A stretch of DNA of 64,000 bases from assembly GCA_965215015.1 (NCBI GenBank), contig OZ244042.1, positions 992,001-1,056,000 on the forward strand, read 5' to 3'. The DNA comes from Candidatus Poribacteria bacterium (GTDB lineage: Bacteria; Poribacteria; WGA-4E; PCPOR2b). Shown piece after piece: positions 18,682-28,880 of the stretch. The notes beneath the pieces are model-generated. The model had not been told where the DNA came from. It saw nothing but the letters and a program-made list of their open reading frames with translations, and did not search any database. Each line of letters begins with the position of its first letter. Within the stretch, counting starts at the first letter, position 1. The translations under genes were made by a program, and so were the position numbers.

Positions 18682-20334
18682 ATGGCATTCATTAAACTGA
18701 ACGACCTTGAGATTGAAGTTGAAGACGGAACCAATATCATTGAGGCTGCTAGACAACACGGCATTGAAGTGCCGCACTACTGTTACCATCCGGGGTTGAC
18801 CCGTCCGGCAAACTGCCGCATGTGCCTTGTGGAGCCCCATGTCTTCTTTCCGCCTGCGGGTAAGGTTGTTCCAGACCGTCAACTCGCAACCGGCTGCACA
18901 ACCACGGTGCGTACCGCCCCTCCGGATCGAAAACTGGATGGGAAATATGATTTTATTGTCCGGACAGATTCGCCGCGTGTGAAGCAGGCGCGGGAGGACA
19001 TCCTTGAATTTCTGCTCGTTCACCACCCGCTTGATTGCCCCGTGTGTGACCAAGCAGGCGAGTGCGACCTTCAGGATTTCAGCTTTAATCACGGCAGCGG
19101 TAAGAGCCGATATATCGAGGTAAAGAACATTCCACCGAAAAAAGACCTCGGTCCCGATGTGCTGCTTTACTCGACTCGATGTATTGTTTGTACCCGTTGC
19201 ATCCGTTTCTGCGATGAGGTTGCGGGAACTGGGGAACTGGGGTTGATCCATCGGGGTTCACACGACGAAGTCGATATTCCACGCGACCATGATGATAACC
19301 CGCTCCGGTTGCTCGACAATAAACTTGCTGGCAATGTCGTGGATATCTGTCCCGTTGGGGCACTAACTAGCAAGGATTTTCTCTTTAAGTCTCGTCCTTG
19401 GTTCATGAAGCAGGTCAATAGCATCTGTCCGGGGTGTAGCGTCGGATGCAACATCACTGTTGACTATAAAGAGGATGGTCTCTATCGAATTAAACCGCGG
19501 TTCCATGAGGATATCAATCAACACTGGATGTGCGATGATGGACGGCTCGGCTACCATTACGTCAACAGTGAAGATCGGCTCAAGATTCCGATGAAGCGGG
19601 TAGGTGACGAACTCGTCTCAACCTCATGGGCGGATGCGCTGAATATCATCGGGGAGAAATTCGCTGGAACCGATCCGGAATCCATCGTTGTCATTGGTTC
19701 TGCACAAGGCACCAACGAAGAGAATTATTTGCTGGGCAAGTTGGCACGTGAAATTCTAAAAACAGAGTCAATTGGTCTGTTTGGACGCGAACCGGGTGAG
19801 GAACACAAATTCCCCCAATTCACCATTGACGCCGACAAAAACCCGAACACACGCGGTGCGCTGGACATGCTCAAGCTGGGTGATGATGCTTCCTTGACGG
19901 GGGATGCACTTTGGAGTGGAGTAGCAGAGGCAAAGGTTGTTTACCTTGTGAGTGGAGCATCTGAGTGCTCGATTGACGAGACAGCGAAGCAGGCGTTGGA
20001 ATCTGTTAATTTTCTGGTCGTGCAGGACATCTTTGAATCCGATGTAGCACAATTGGCAGATGTGGTTCTCCCGGGGGTCACGTTTGCGGAGAAGGATGGC
20101 AGTTTCACCAACGCGAAGGGATGGGTGCAACGGATACATCGGGCGGTCGATCCCCCCGGCGAGGCACGTGTTGATTGGGAAATTATCCAGCAATTAGCCA
20201 AGCGATTGGGGGGTGAGATGGATTATCACTTTGCCGGTGAAATTGCGTTGGAGATTGCGGAAAACGTGCCCAATTATCAAGATGTTACGCACCAGAAGAT
20301 TGGGGATGGTGGAGTCAAACTCAATGGAGGATGA
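18682..20334 (+). CDS. nuoG: NADH-quinone oxidoreductase subunit G (short form)
   Basis: PHYCYHP..ANCRMC, HPLDCPVCDQAGEC, RCIVCTRC, CPVGAL, CPGCSVGC. ATG 18682 follows GAGGA. Confidence 0.95.
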   Translation: MAFIKLNDLEIEVEDGTNIIEAARQHGIEVPHYCYHPGLTRPANCRMCLVEPHVFFPPAGKVVPDRQLATGCTTTVRTAPPDRKLDGKYDFIVRTDSPRVKQAREDILEFLLVHHPLDCPVCDQAGECDLQDFSFNHGSGKSRYIEVKNIPPKKDLGPDVLLYSTRCIVCTRCIRFCDEVAGTGELGLIHRGSHDEVDIPRDHDDNPLRLLDNKLAGNVVDICPVGALTSKDFLFKSRPWFMKQVNSICPGCSVGCNITVDYKEDGLYRIKPRFHEDINQHWMCDDGRLGYHYVNSEDRLKIPMKRVGDELVSTSWADALNIIGEKFAGTDPESIVVIGSAQGTNEENYLLGKLAREILKTESIGLFGREPGEEHKFPQFTIDADKNPNTRGALDMLKLGDDASLTGDALWSGVAEAKVVYLVSGASECSIDETAKQALESVNFLVVQDIFESDVAQLADVVLPGVTFAEKDGSFTNAKGWVQRIHRAVDPPGEARVDWEIIQQLAKRLGGEMDYHFAGEIALEIAENVPNYQDVTHQKIGDGGVKLNGG

Positions 20335-20582
20335 AATACGTTTAGCTGCTCTCTACGCTGAATTTGCCGACGCGGACCGGAAACCCGCTGAAGATGGATT
20401 GTTTGATTACAACGGAGGAGTGAAAAAGAGGACAGCTTATGATTATTAAGCGCGGTGAAATTTGGCTTGCAGGTTTGAATCCTATACAAAGTTCAGAACA
20501 AGCGAGTGTCCGTCCTGTGCCTACAATAACCAGATTTACGACAACTCTATTGCGCCTCTTAGGCTGCTTTTCAGCGTTATAG
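20324..20582 (+). pseudogene. degenerate antitoxin plus truncated MazF/PemK toxin
   Basis: 20439-20582 reads MIIKRGEIWLAGLNPIQSSEQASVRPV..., like a MazF N-terminus (RGEIW..L.P..GSEQ...RP), then degenerates. An overlapping short acidic ORF lies at 20324-20449. Confidence 0.75.
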
Positions 20583-20586
20583 CCCT

Positions 20587-20701
20587 GTAGCCCGGCGATT
20601 TATCGCCGCACATGACAACTCTTACTGCCCGATGAATCGGGCAACTACGGTAGGTGTACTATTAAGTATCCGTAGGGAACACCGATCATCATTCCCTACG
20701 G
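20587..20701. repeat. cluster of GTAG REP-like palindromes (REPIN-like pair plus single hairpin)
   Basis: GTAGCCCGGCGATTTATCGCCG ... TGCCCGATGAATCGGGCAACTAC, then CCGTAGGGAA-12nt-TTCCCTACGG. Confidence 0.7.
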
Positions 20702-20878
20702 AAGTGCGTAACTTCCAATAGGATTGAGGAACATTTTAGTCCACCGCTATTTCGATATTAATGAAAATGTAGTTTGGGGAATTATTCAGAAAGATACTCC
20801 AGAATTAAAAATGAAGCCGTGGAAATTGTGGAAAATCTTGAGAACACAGTTGTTTAAGAATCCAGATAGGGGGGGGAT

Positions 20879-22057
20879 ATGGACTTACCATTTCACGTTT
20901 TAATCATTAGCTCACTCATCAAAATTGTTGTCGTTGTTCATCTACTGCTCATCGGCGTTATGGCGATGATTCTCGCTGAGCGGAAAGTGAGCGGATGGAT
21001 TCAGGACCGACACGGTCCCAACCGCGTTGGCCCCTGGGGCATTTTGCAGCCGATCGCCGACGGTGTGAAATTTCTTCTAAAAGAAGACCTGATTCCAGAC
21101 CATGTGGATAAACCAATCTATCTACTCGCACCTGCGATTATTTTGGTGCCGGCACTAGTTACCTGTGGAGTTGTTCCCTTCGGCGGTTCAATAACAATCT
21201 CAGGCTACGAAATCCCACTGCAAATCGCCGATATTAATATTGGGGTTTTGTACATTCTGGCCATCACCTCATTGGGGGTTTATGGCGTCGTACTTGGTGC
21301 GTGGGCATCGAACAATAAGTATTCTCTGCTCGGTGGTTTGCGCTCTTCCGCACAGATGATTAGTTATGAGTTGGCGTTAGGGCTTTCGATTATCGGTGTG
21401 CTGATGCTCTCAGGATCGTTAAGCCTCCGGGAAATTGCAATCCAACAAGGGAGTTATCCTTGGACATGGAATTTCCTTATCCATTTTCCCGCCTTTTTAA
21501 CCTTTACGGCTGCCGCCTTTGCAGAGACGAATCGTCTCCCCTTCGATCTCGCCGAAGCGGAACAGGAACTTGTCGGCGGATACCACACGGAATATAGCAG
21601 CATGAAATTCGCTATGTACTTCATGGCAGAGTACCTGCACATGATTGTCGGCTCGGCGGTGGCTGTTACGCTCTTCTTGGGTGGTTGGCATTTCTTTGGA
21701 TTGGAAACGGTTGGCGGTCCCTTCTGGAGTGGTGTAATTTCATTCGGGATTTTCTTCGCCAAAACAGCATTTTTTCTCTTTGTCTTTATCTGGGTGAGAT
21801 GGACACTGCCCCGATTCCGGTATGATCAGCTTATGAATCTCGGTTGGAAATTTCTACTGCCTATCGCACTTACAGCAATCGTTGTGACAGGGACGGTTTG
21901 GGCGTTCACACAATCGAAGGTCCTAGTCGGCATATTAAATGTTATCGCCGCCTCCATCGTTGTTGCAATCGTAGCAACCACATTGGTGATGACGCGAGAT
22001 CCTGAGCCGGTTGATGATAGAGGTATTCTAAGTTTTACCGAAGAATCTTCATCTTAA
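20879..22057 (+). CDS. nuoH: NADH-quinone oxidoreductase subunit H
   Basis: ERKVSGWIQDRHGPNRVG, AETNRLPFDLAEAEQEL, PRFRYDQL. Confidence 0.98.
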   Translation: MDLPFHVLIISSLIKIVVVVHLLLIGVMAMILAERKVSGWIQDRHGPNRVGPWGILQPIADGVKFLLKEDLIPDHVDKPIYLLAPAIILVPALVTCGVVPFGGSITISGYEIPLQIADINIGVLYILAITSLGVYGVVLGAWASNNKYSLLGGLRSSAQMISYELALGLSIIGVLMLSGSLSLREIAIQQGSYPWTWNFLIHFPAFLTFTAAAFAETNRLPFDLAEAEQELVGGYHTEYSSMKFAMYFMAEYLHMIVGSAVAVTLFLGGWHFFGLETVGGPFWSGVISFGIFFAKTAFFLFVFIWVRWTLPRFRYDQLMNLGWKFLLPIALTAIVVTGTVWAFTQSKVLVGILNVIAASIVVAIVATTLVMTRDPEPVDDRGILSFTEESSS

Positions 22058-22103
22058 GAATTACAGCAGGCTGTAACAAGCCTTCTAATTTACAAGGGAA
22101 CAC

Positions 22104-22805
22104 ATGGCTGAACAGATTTTGTTTATCATTTTTGGCATACTCGCTGTTGGTTCTGCGGTATGCGTCATCGCATTTAGGAACCCCATTCACAGTGCACTGG
22201 CGTTGGTCTTGACCTTTTTTTCATTGGCAGGCCTATTCATCTCGCTGGAAGCGTACTTCGTTGCCGCCGTACAGGTGATTGTCTACGCAGGTGCAATTAT
22301 GGTGCTATTCCTGTTTGTAATTATGTTGCTTAACTTGGGGAGGCTTCGAGCAGCACGTCAAATCAATAAGGCAAAAGTGTTCGCCATCATTGTGGGGATT
22401 ATATTGGCAGCAGAAGCGATCTACATCGGAATCAAAGTGTACGATGGCACTGCTGTTGCACCTTCTCAGGGTGGAGGCGAATCGGTTGGAGCAGCGATTA
22501 CTCCAGAACAGCTGAACCAGATCGCAGCAATTGAATCTACCTACCAACTGGATCGTGCAGAAATCAATAGCACCTACGTGCCGCAGATTGCCGAACAGAA
22601 AAATACCGTGGAAACGCTCGCGGCAAGTGAAGCGAATCAACTCATCAAAAAACTCCAAGGGGAGATGGGCAAACCAGACCGTATTGGTACAATACTATTT
22701 ACGAAGTTTTTGTTGCCTTTTGAGGTAACATCGTTTATATTGCTTGCAGCCTTAATCGGCGTCATTGTACTCGTTAAACGTGAAGATCCAGATACAGCTG
22801 TCTAA
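22104..22805 (+). CDS. nuoJ: NADH-quinone oxidoreductase subunit J
   Basis: NPIHSAL, QVIVYAGAIMVLFLFVIMLL, LLPFEVTS. Confidence 0.96.
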   Translation: MAEQILFIIFGILAVGSAVCVIAFRNPIHSALALVLTFFSLAGLFISLEAYFVAAVQVIVYAGAIMVLFLFVIMLLNLGRLRAARQINKAKVFAIIVGIILAAEAIYIGIKVYDGTAVAPSQGGGESVGAAITPEQLNQIAAIESTYQLDRAEINSTYVPQIAEQKNTVETLAASEANQLIKKLQGEMGKPDRIGTILFTKFLLPFEVTSFILLAALIGVIVLVKREDPDTAV

Positions 22806-22824
22806 TTGTAATAGGGATTAAAAT

Positions 22825-23124
22825 ATGGCTTTGCAATACTATCTCATTTTAAGTGCGTTGCTCTTTACTATCGGAGTAATCGGAGTGCTCGTCCGAAGAA
22901 ACGCGATCATTATCTTCATGTGCATTGAACTGATGCTCAACGCAGCAAATCTCGCTTTCGTCGCAATCGGTCGAGAATTAGGGGATGCTTCGGGACAAAT
23001 TTTCGTGTTCTTTGTCATGACTGTCGCTGCCGCCGAAGTTGCCATTGGGCTCGCTATTATCGTGAGTGTTTTTAGACACCGCGAAACGATTAATATCGAT
23101 GAAATCAACACAATGAGGGGATAG
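22825..23124 (+). CDS. nuoK: NADH-quinone oxidoreductase subunit K
   Basis: [26 protein letters not shown]. Confidence 0.97.
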   Translation: MALQYYLILSALLFTIGVIGVLVRRNAIIIFMCIELMLNAANLAFVAIGRELGDASGQIFVFFVMTVAAAEVAIGLAIIVSVFRHRETINIDEINTMRG

Positions 23125-23386
23125 CTGCATGAGTTGCTTGCCCTTGATGAAGAGTGATTAGAATGAAAACCTTGAGGAGCCAAGAAATAAGCTTCTATCA
23201 AAATGCTCGATGTTGAAATGTCCGAAGATGAGTTCGATGTATGTGAGAGATGTTTGGACTATGTTTTACAGAGCTGCTTGAACAGATAAGCAGGAACTTG
23301 AAGAAATATGGCTCAAATGACTGCCATACTCAGAAAACGCACGAATCTCCGAGAAGCGGCAAGTATATCTGGCAGAGGAGTCTGAA

Positions 23387-25264
23387 ATGTCAAAAGACTT
23401 AATAACTTTACTTCTGATTTCCCCACTGATTGGATTTTTAATCAACGGGTTGTTCGGGAAATGGCTGAAAAACGCGAGCGGTTGGATCGCGTCTCTCGCG
23501 GTGCTCATATCGTTTATTATCAGTGCGTTCTTCGTATTTCCTGCGGTCCAAAGCGGTACAGTCCTAGACGAAACGCTCTACGAATGGATCCCCATTGAAT
23601 CTTTTAACATCGGCTTCCATGTTGATGCACTGACCACAGTGATGCTCCTCGTTATCACAGGGGTCGGCTTCCTCATCCATATCTATTCGATCGGCTACAT
23701 GAGCCATGATTCGGGGAGAGCGCGCTATTTTGCTTATCTCAACCTGTTTGTATTTGCTATGTTGATCCTCGTTTTGGCAAACAATTACCTAATGATGTTC
23801 ATAGGTTGGGAAGGCGTTGGACTCTGTTCCTATCTATTGATTGGTTATTGGTTCGAGAGAAAATCTGCCACCGATGCCGGCAAGAAGGCCTTCATCGTTA
23901 ATCGAATCGGCGATTTCGGATTTCTGCTTGGGATGTTCACCTTGTTTGCGGCGTTTGGCACATTGAGTTTTGACACGCTTTTTGAACGCGCTGGAACCAA
24001 TACCTACGAGCAGGTGTTCGGAGCAAGTACACTCATCGTTGCAACTTTGTTGCTCTTCGTCGGTGCAGTCGGCAAGTCTGCACAAATTCCCCTCTACGTC
24101 TGGCTCCCCGATGCAATGGAGGGTCCGACGCCTGTTAGTGCGTTGATCCACGCTGCTACTATGGTTACGGCTGGTGTCTACATGGTCGCACGATCATCAA
24201 TTCTCTTTAACCTAGCAGGCACAGGGGTTGTCGTCGCTTGGATTGGTGTTTTCACTGCCCTGTTCGCCGCCACGATGGCGTTGGCTGCAAATGACATCAA
24301 GCGGGTGCTGGCATATTCGACCGTGAGCCAACTCGGTTATATGTTCGTAGGTGTGGGGGTTGGTGCGTATACCTCCGGAATCTTCCACCTGATGACGCAC
24401 GCTTTCTTCAAAGGGTTGATGTTTCTCACCGCTGGCAGCGTAATGCACGCTATGTCGGACCAACTGGATATGCGGAAAATGGGTGGACTGAAATCGAAGC
24501 TACCGATTACCTATTGGACATTCCTCATCGGTGCCCTTGCAATTGCGGGTTTCCCGCTCTTGAGCGGTTTCTGGAGCAAAGATGAAATCTTGCACAACGC
24601 TTGGGATGGTGGACACCAAATAATTTTCGGTATTGGGTTACTGACAGCGTTTCTAACGGCATTCTATATGTTCCGTCTGATCTTTGTGGTCTTTCACGGG
24701 GCGTCGCGTGTGGACTCAGAGGTTGAATCGCATCTCCACGAATCTCCACCGGTGATGTGGATTCCACTCGTGTTGTTGGCAATACCTTCTCTAATTATCG
24801 GTGCAATCGTCGGTTGGGGCGGAGAGCATAGTGCGATTCATAATTTCTTGGGAAGCGTATTTAAACATCACGGCGCATCAGATCACAGCAATCCGATCCC
24901 TTTTATGATTATTTCATCAATTGTTGGCATTGCAGGTATCTTGGTGGCTTGGTTCATATATCGCAGCAAAGCTCCTCTCAATGAACCGACAACCCCGCTG
25001 CACAAACTCCTCGCGAACAAATATTACATCGACGAAATCTATAACGCCGTTTTCGTGCAGCCGATACGGGGGGTATCCCACTATCTATTCTGGAGGATTA
25101 TGGATGTCGGCATCATTGACGGACTTGTGAATCTAACCGCATTTATCATTCGCGGAATCGGCGGTTCGATCCGACGGCTCCAGACGGGTGTCGTCCAAGC
25201 CTACGTTGTATCAATGGTCATCGGCATCATCATTTTCTTGGGGTATTATCTGTTTATTCGATGA
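23387..25264 (+). CDS. nuoL: NADH-quinone oxidoreductase subunit L
   Basis: GWEGVGLCS, KSAQIPL..WLPDAMEGPTPVSALIHAATMV, HAFFK. Confidence 0.98.
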   Translation: MSKDLITLLLISPLIGFLINGLFGKWLKNASGWIASLAVLISFIISAFFVFPAVQSGTVLDETLYEWIPIESFNIGFHVDALTTVMLLVITGVGFLIHIYSIGYMSHDSGRARYFAYLNLFVFAMLILVLANNYLMMFIGWEGVGLCSYLLIGYWFERKSATDAGKKAFIVNRIGDFGFLLGMFTLFAAFGTLSFDTLFERAGTNTYEQVFGASTLIVATLLLFVGAVGKSAQIPLYVWLPDAMEGPTPVSALIHAATMVTAGVYMVARSSILFNLAGTGVVVAWIGVFTALFAATMALAANDIKRVLAYSTVSQLGYMFVGVGVGAYTSGIFHLMTHAFFKGLMFLTAGSVMHAMSDQLDMRKMGGLKSKLPITYWTFLIGALAIAGFPLLSGFWSKDEILHNAWDGGHQIIFGIGLLTAFLTAFYMFRLIFVVFHGASRVDSEVESHLHESPPVMWIPLVLLAIPSLIIGAIVGWGGEHSAIHNFLGSVFKHHGASDHSNPIPFMIISSIVGIAGILVAWFIYRSKAPLNEPTTPLHKLLANKYYIDEIYNAVFVQPIRGVSHYLFWRIMDVGIIDGLVNLTAFIIRGIGGSIRRLQTGVVQAYVVSMVIGIIIFLGYYLFIR

Positions 25265-25570
25265 GGGGTGGGCACCATGGACAAGCATGGTGGAGAATTC
25301 AAAAAAATTGTGCCAATCAACTATGCAAGAATTTAGGGAGAAAAGTGCTGAAGTCTATGAGAAATTGAAGCCTGCCATTTGGGCGAAGCAGTTGATCGAG
25401 CGGAGATTTCCCTCACAGAATCTAATAACACATTACTCGGCAGCGAACTCTTAGATGGCTATGTTTTAAAATCGACTATGGTAATCGTAGGGTTGAAATT
25501 AGAGAATCACCTATGAATCGTAATACATGAAACACCCTACGTTTCACCTTTTACACCCCGGAGGTTATAC

Positions 25571-27109
25571 TTGCTACTTTCCGCAGTTATCTTTTTACCA
25601 CTACTCGGTGCAATCTTAATTGCCCTTGCCAGACACATTTTAGGCGAATCAGGGCTTAAATGGATTGCACTGATTGTTACACTACTCACCTTTATTGTAT
25701 CGCTATCCCTCTACACCGGGTTTGACGCAAGCACGCATGAGATGCAATTTAAGGAAGATCGGACTTGGATTGAGGGGCTCGGCATAAGCTATCATCTCGG
25801 TATTGATGGCATTTCACTCTGGTTGGTTCTGTTGACTACTTTTCTGACGCCGCTTTGCGTACTGGCAGCGTGGAACTCAATAGAGAAAGGCACCAGCGGA
25901 TTCATGAGCTCACTGCTCATGCTCGAAACGGCAATGATCGGTGTGTTTTGTGCGTTAGACCTCTTCCTGTTTTATGTGTTTTGGGAGGCAATGCTCATCC
26001 CGATGTATTTACTCATTGGTATTTGGGGCGGCCATCGGCGCATCTACGCAACGATAAAGTTCGTCCTGTACACAATGGCGGGCAGCGCGTTGATGCTCGT
26101 TGGGATTTTGTACCTCTACTTCCAAAACGACAATAGCTTCGACCTGATGACGTTGTATGGTAGAACGTTATCGCATCAGAATCTGCTATTTCTGGCGTTT
26201 TTCATCGCATTTGCCATCAAAGTGCCGCTTTTCCCCTTCCACACTTGGCTTCCTGATGCACATGTTGAAGCCCCAACGGTTGGCAGTGTTATCCTCGCGG
26301 GAGTATTGCTCAAAATGGGAACATACGGCATCGTGCGCTTCTGTTTGCCGCTTTTCCCGGAAGGCACTGTAGCGTATACGCCACTCATTGTAACGCTGTC
26401 CGTGATTGGTATCATTTACGGTGCATTGGTGGCGATGGTGCAACCAGATCTAAAAAAATTGGTCGCCTACTCGAGTGTGAGTCATCTGGGGTTTGTTGTG
26501 CTGGGACTCTTTGCCCTCAACCATCACGGTGTGCAGGGCGGCATCCTTCAAATGATTAATCATGGGTTGAGCACCGGCGCACTCTTCCTGCTTGTCGGGA
26601 TGATCTATGAACGCCGACATACCCGCATGATTGCTGACTTCGGTGGGTTGTCAAAACAAATGCCAATCTTTGCCGTATTTTTTATGATTGTGACGCTTTC
26701 ATCAATCGGTTTACCCGGTTTGAACGGATTTGTCGGGGAGTTTATGATTTTGCTCGGGGGCTTCATGTCCAATTCATTCTCCAAAGTGTATGTCATTATC
26801 GCTGCAACCGGCGTTATTTTCGCAGCTGTGTATATGCTCTGGATGTTCCAGCGCGTTATGTTTGGCAAACTTGATAATCCGAAAAACCAAACCCTGACCG
26901 ATTTGAGTCTGCGCGAAATTGTTGTGCTAGTTCCAATCGTGGTTTTCATCGTTTGGATTGGCGTTTACCCCAAAACGTTTCTGAGCCGAATGGAGCAATC
27001 GGTCAATCAAGTGTTACAACAGAGCAGACCTACAGCGGCGGTGAAAGCTGTTGCCCCTGCAATTGTGCTAGACTCTACAGCAAAGGAGGCAAAAAAGATT
27101 GACGAATAA
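25571..27109 (+). CDS. nuoM: NADH-quinone oxidoreductase subunit M
   Basis: FWEAMLIP, KVPLFPFHTWLPDAHVEAP, LLKMG; TTG start after GGAGG. Confidence 0.97.
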   Translation: MLLSAVIFLPLLGAILIALARHILGESGLKWIALIVTLLTFIVSLSLYTGFDASTHEMQFKEDRTWIEGLGISYHLGIDGISLWLVLLTTFLTPLCVLAAWNSIEKGTSGFMSSLLMLETAMIGVFCALDLFLFYVFWEAMLIPMYLLIGIWGGHRRIYATIKFVLYTMAGSALMLVGILYLYFQNDNSFDLMTLYGRTLSHQNLLFLAFFIAFAIKVPLFPFHTWLPDAHVEAPTVGSVILAGVLLKMGTYGIVRFCLPLFPEGTVAYTPLIVTLSVIGIIYGALVAMVQPDLKKLVAYSSVSHLGFVVLGLFALNHHGVQGGILQMINHGLSTGALFLLVGMIYERRHTRMIADFGGLSKQMPIFAVFFMIVTLSSIGLPGLNGFVGEFMILLGGFMSNSFSKVYVIIAATGVIFAAVYMLWMFQRVMFGKLDNPKNQTLTDLSLREIVVLVPIVVFIVWIGVYPKTFLSRMEQSVNQVLQQSRPTAAVKAVAPAIVLDSTAKEAKKIDE

Positions 27110-28841
27110 ACATCCATTTTTCCCCTTGGCACTGCTATGTATCATCGGACTTATCCTTTTACCAACAATCGGCTTTGCAGCGGCAGGCGGTGATGGACAC
27201 GATGACCATACCGCACATCACGGTGTAGATGGTGCGAAGTTGCCCATTTGGAGTGTCATTCCGTTCATTGGGCTGCTGCTCTCCATTGCAATCATCCCAC
27301 TGATTAATTTTCATTTCTGGGAACACCACTACGGAAAAATCTCATTAGCGTGGATTGTCATTCTCTGCATTCCCTTCCTTATCGGCTACAAAGGCGATGG
27401 ATGGTATGAAATCGTCCATATTGTCCTGCTTGACTATGTTCCTTTCATTATCCTATTGGCTGCGCTTTTCACATGTGCAGGCGGAATTTGTCTGAAAGGC
27501 TCGTTGCGGGGTTCACCCGTCGTAAACACTGTGATGATTGCAATCGGAACCGCCTTGGCAAGCTGGATGGGAACGACCGGGGCAGCAATGTTGCTTATTC
27601 GTCCTCTGTTGCGGGCTAATCAATGGCGTAAGCATCGCGTTCACGTTGTCGTCTTTTTTATATTTCTCGTAGCCAATATCGGTGGTTCATTGACGCCATT
27701 AGGAGACCCGCCACTGTTTCTCGGATTCCTCAAGGGAATTGACTTTTTCTGGACAATGGCACTGCTCCCTGCGATGTTGCCGGTGGCGATTTTGCTGCTG
27801 GTCATATTTTTCATTTTCGACACAGTTCTGTTTAAGAAAGAAGGCACACCTCCGGACGATGGAGAAAAGGAGCCACTCCGCCTTGAAGGCGTTTGGAATT
27901 TTGTGCTAATCGCCGGTATAATCGGTGCGATTTTGTGGTCTAAATCACTCGCTGATGGACCCTTCAAAGATCATTCAATTGGAGAAAAAATGGCTTCGCA
28001 AATCAAAATCTCAGAAAAAAAGATGGACACTGCGAAGGCAACACTGGAAACGTACGTCAAGGCACACGAAAATGACGCAACGATAAAATTTGATGCCTCC
28101 AATCAGGAATACTATGGATTGCGGCAAAACCACCTCCACGCTGTAGCTGAAGTCAACCGCTTGCGCGCCCAAAAGACACACGATGAAAATCGTGGTATCT
28201 CAATCTTCGGTGTAACTGTACCGTATTTTAATTTAGTGAGAGATGGCTTACTGCTCTTGATTGCAATCATTAGCCTATTGTACACGCCAATGTATAAGAC
28301 TGTGAAAGACGAGATCGGACATAATGTTCCCGAACCGAGTCAGTTGGAAACAAATGTCCGTGCGGCAAATGATTTTACATGGGAACCAATCCTCGAGGTC
28401 GCCAAACTGTTTATCGGCATCTTTATTTGCATGATTCCGGCTTTGAAGATTTTGCAGGCGGGCATTGATGGGAGCCTCAGTACCATTGTGCTCGCTGTTC
28501 AGACGACAACAAATGATCCGGTCAATGCGATGTATTTCTGGTTGACAGGTGTACTCTCAAGTTTCCTAGACAACGCCCCGACTTACGTCGTCTTCTTCAA
28601 CACAGCGGGTGGAGACCCAACCTCGCTCATGGGTCCAATGGCACAAACACTGTTAGCAATCAGTTGTGGTGCGGTGTTTATGGGAGCTAACACTTATATC
28701 GGCAACGCACCGAACTTTATGGTCAAAGCAATTGCCGAGGAAAACGGCGTCAGGATGCCAAGCTTCTTCGGATATATGATTTGGTCAGTCGCAATTTTAG
28801 CCCCCGTGTTTGTGGTTGTAACGTTTATGTTTTTTCTGTAA
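27099..28841 (+). CDS. putative sodium:proton antiporter (IT superfamily, NhaD/DUF1646-like)
   Basis: GTTGAAMLLIRP, ANIGGSLTPLGDPPLFLGFL, SSFLDNAPTY, GANTYIGNAPNFMVK. TTG start overlaps the nuoM stop, with AAGGAGG upstream. Confidence 0.85.
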   Translation: MTNKHPFFPLALLCIIGLILLPTIGFAAAGGDGHDDHTAHHGVDGAKLPIWSVIPFIGLLLSIAIIPLINFHFWEHHYGKISLAWIVILCIPFLIGYKGDGWYEIVHIVLLDYVPFIILLAALFTCAGGICLKGSLRGSPVVNTVMIAIGTALASWMGTTGAAMLLIRPLLRANQWRKHRVHVVVFFIFLVANIGGSLTPLGDPPLFLGFLKGIDFFWTMALLPAMLPVAILLLVIFFIFDTVLFKKEGTPPDDGEKEPLRLEGVWNFVLIAGIIGAILWSKSLADGPFKDHSIGEKMASQIKISEKKMDTAKATLETYVKAHENDATIKFDASNQEYYGLRQNHLHAVAEVNRLRAQKTHDENRGISIFGVTVPYFNLVRDGLLLLIAIISLLYTPMYKTVKDEIGHNVPEPSQLETNVRAANDFTWEPILEVAKLFIGIFICMIPALKILQAGIDGSLSTIVLAVQTTTNDPVNAMYFWLTGVLSSFLDNAPTYVVFFNTAGGDPTSLMGPMAQTLLAISCGAVFMGANTYIGNAPNFMVKAIAEENGVRMPSFFGYMIWSVAILAPVFVVVTFMFFL

Positions 28842-28880
28842 GGATGAACCCGCCTGTTCATCTAAGATTGGAGGCTTTGG

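Noticed and set aside
20587-20701. Possible CRISPR array
   Set aside because: The hairpins differ from one another, there is no repeat-spacer periodicity, and no cas genes are present.
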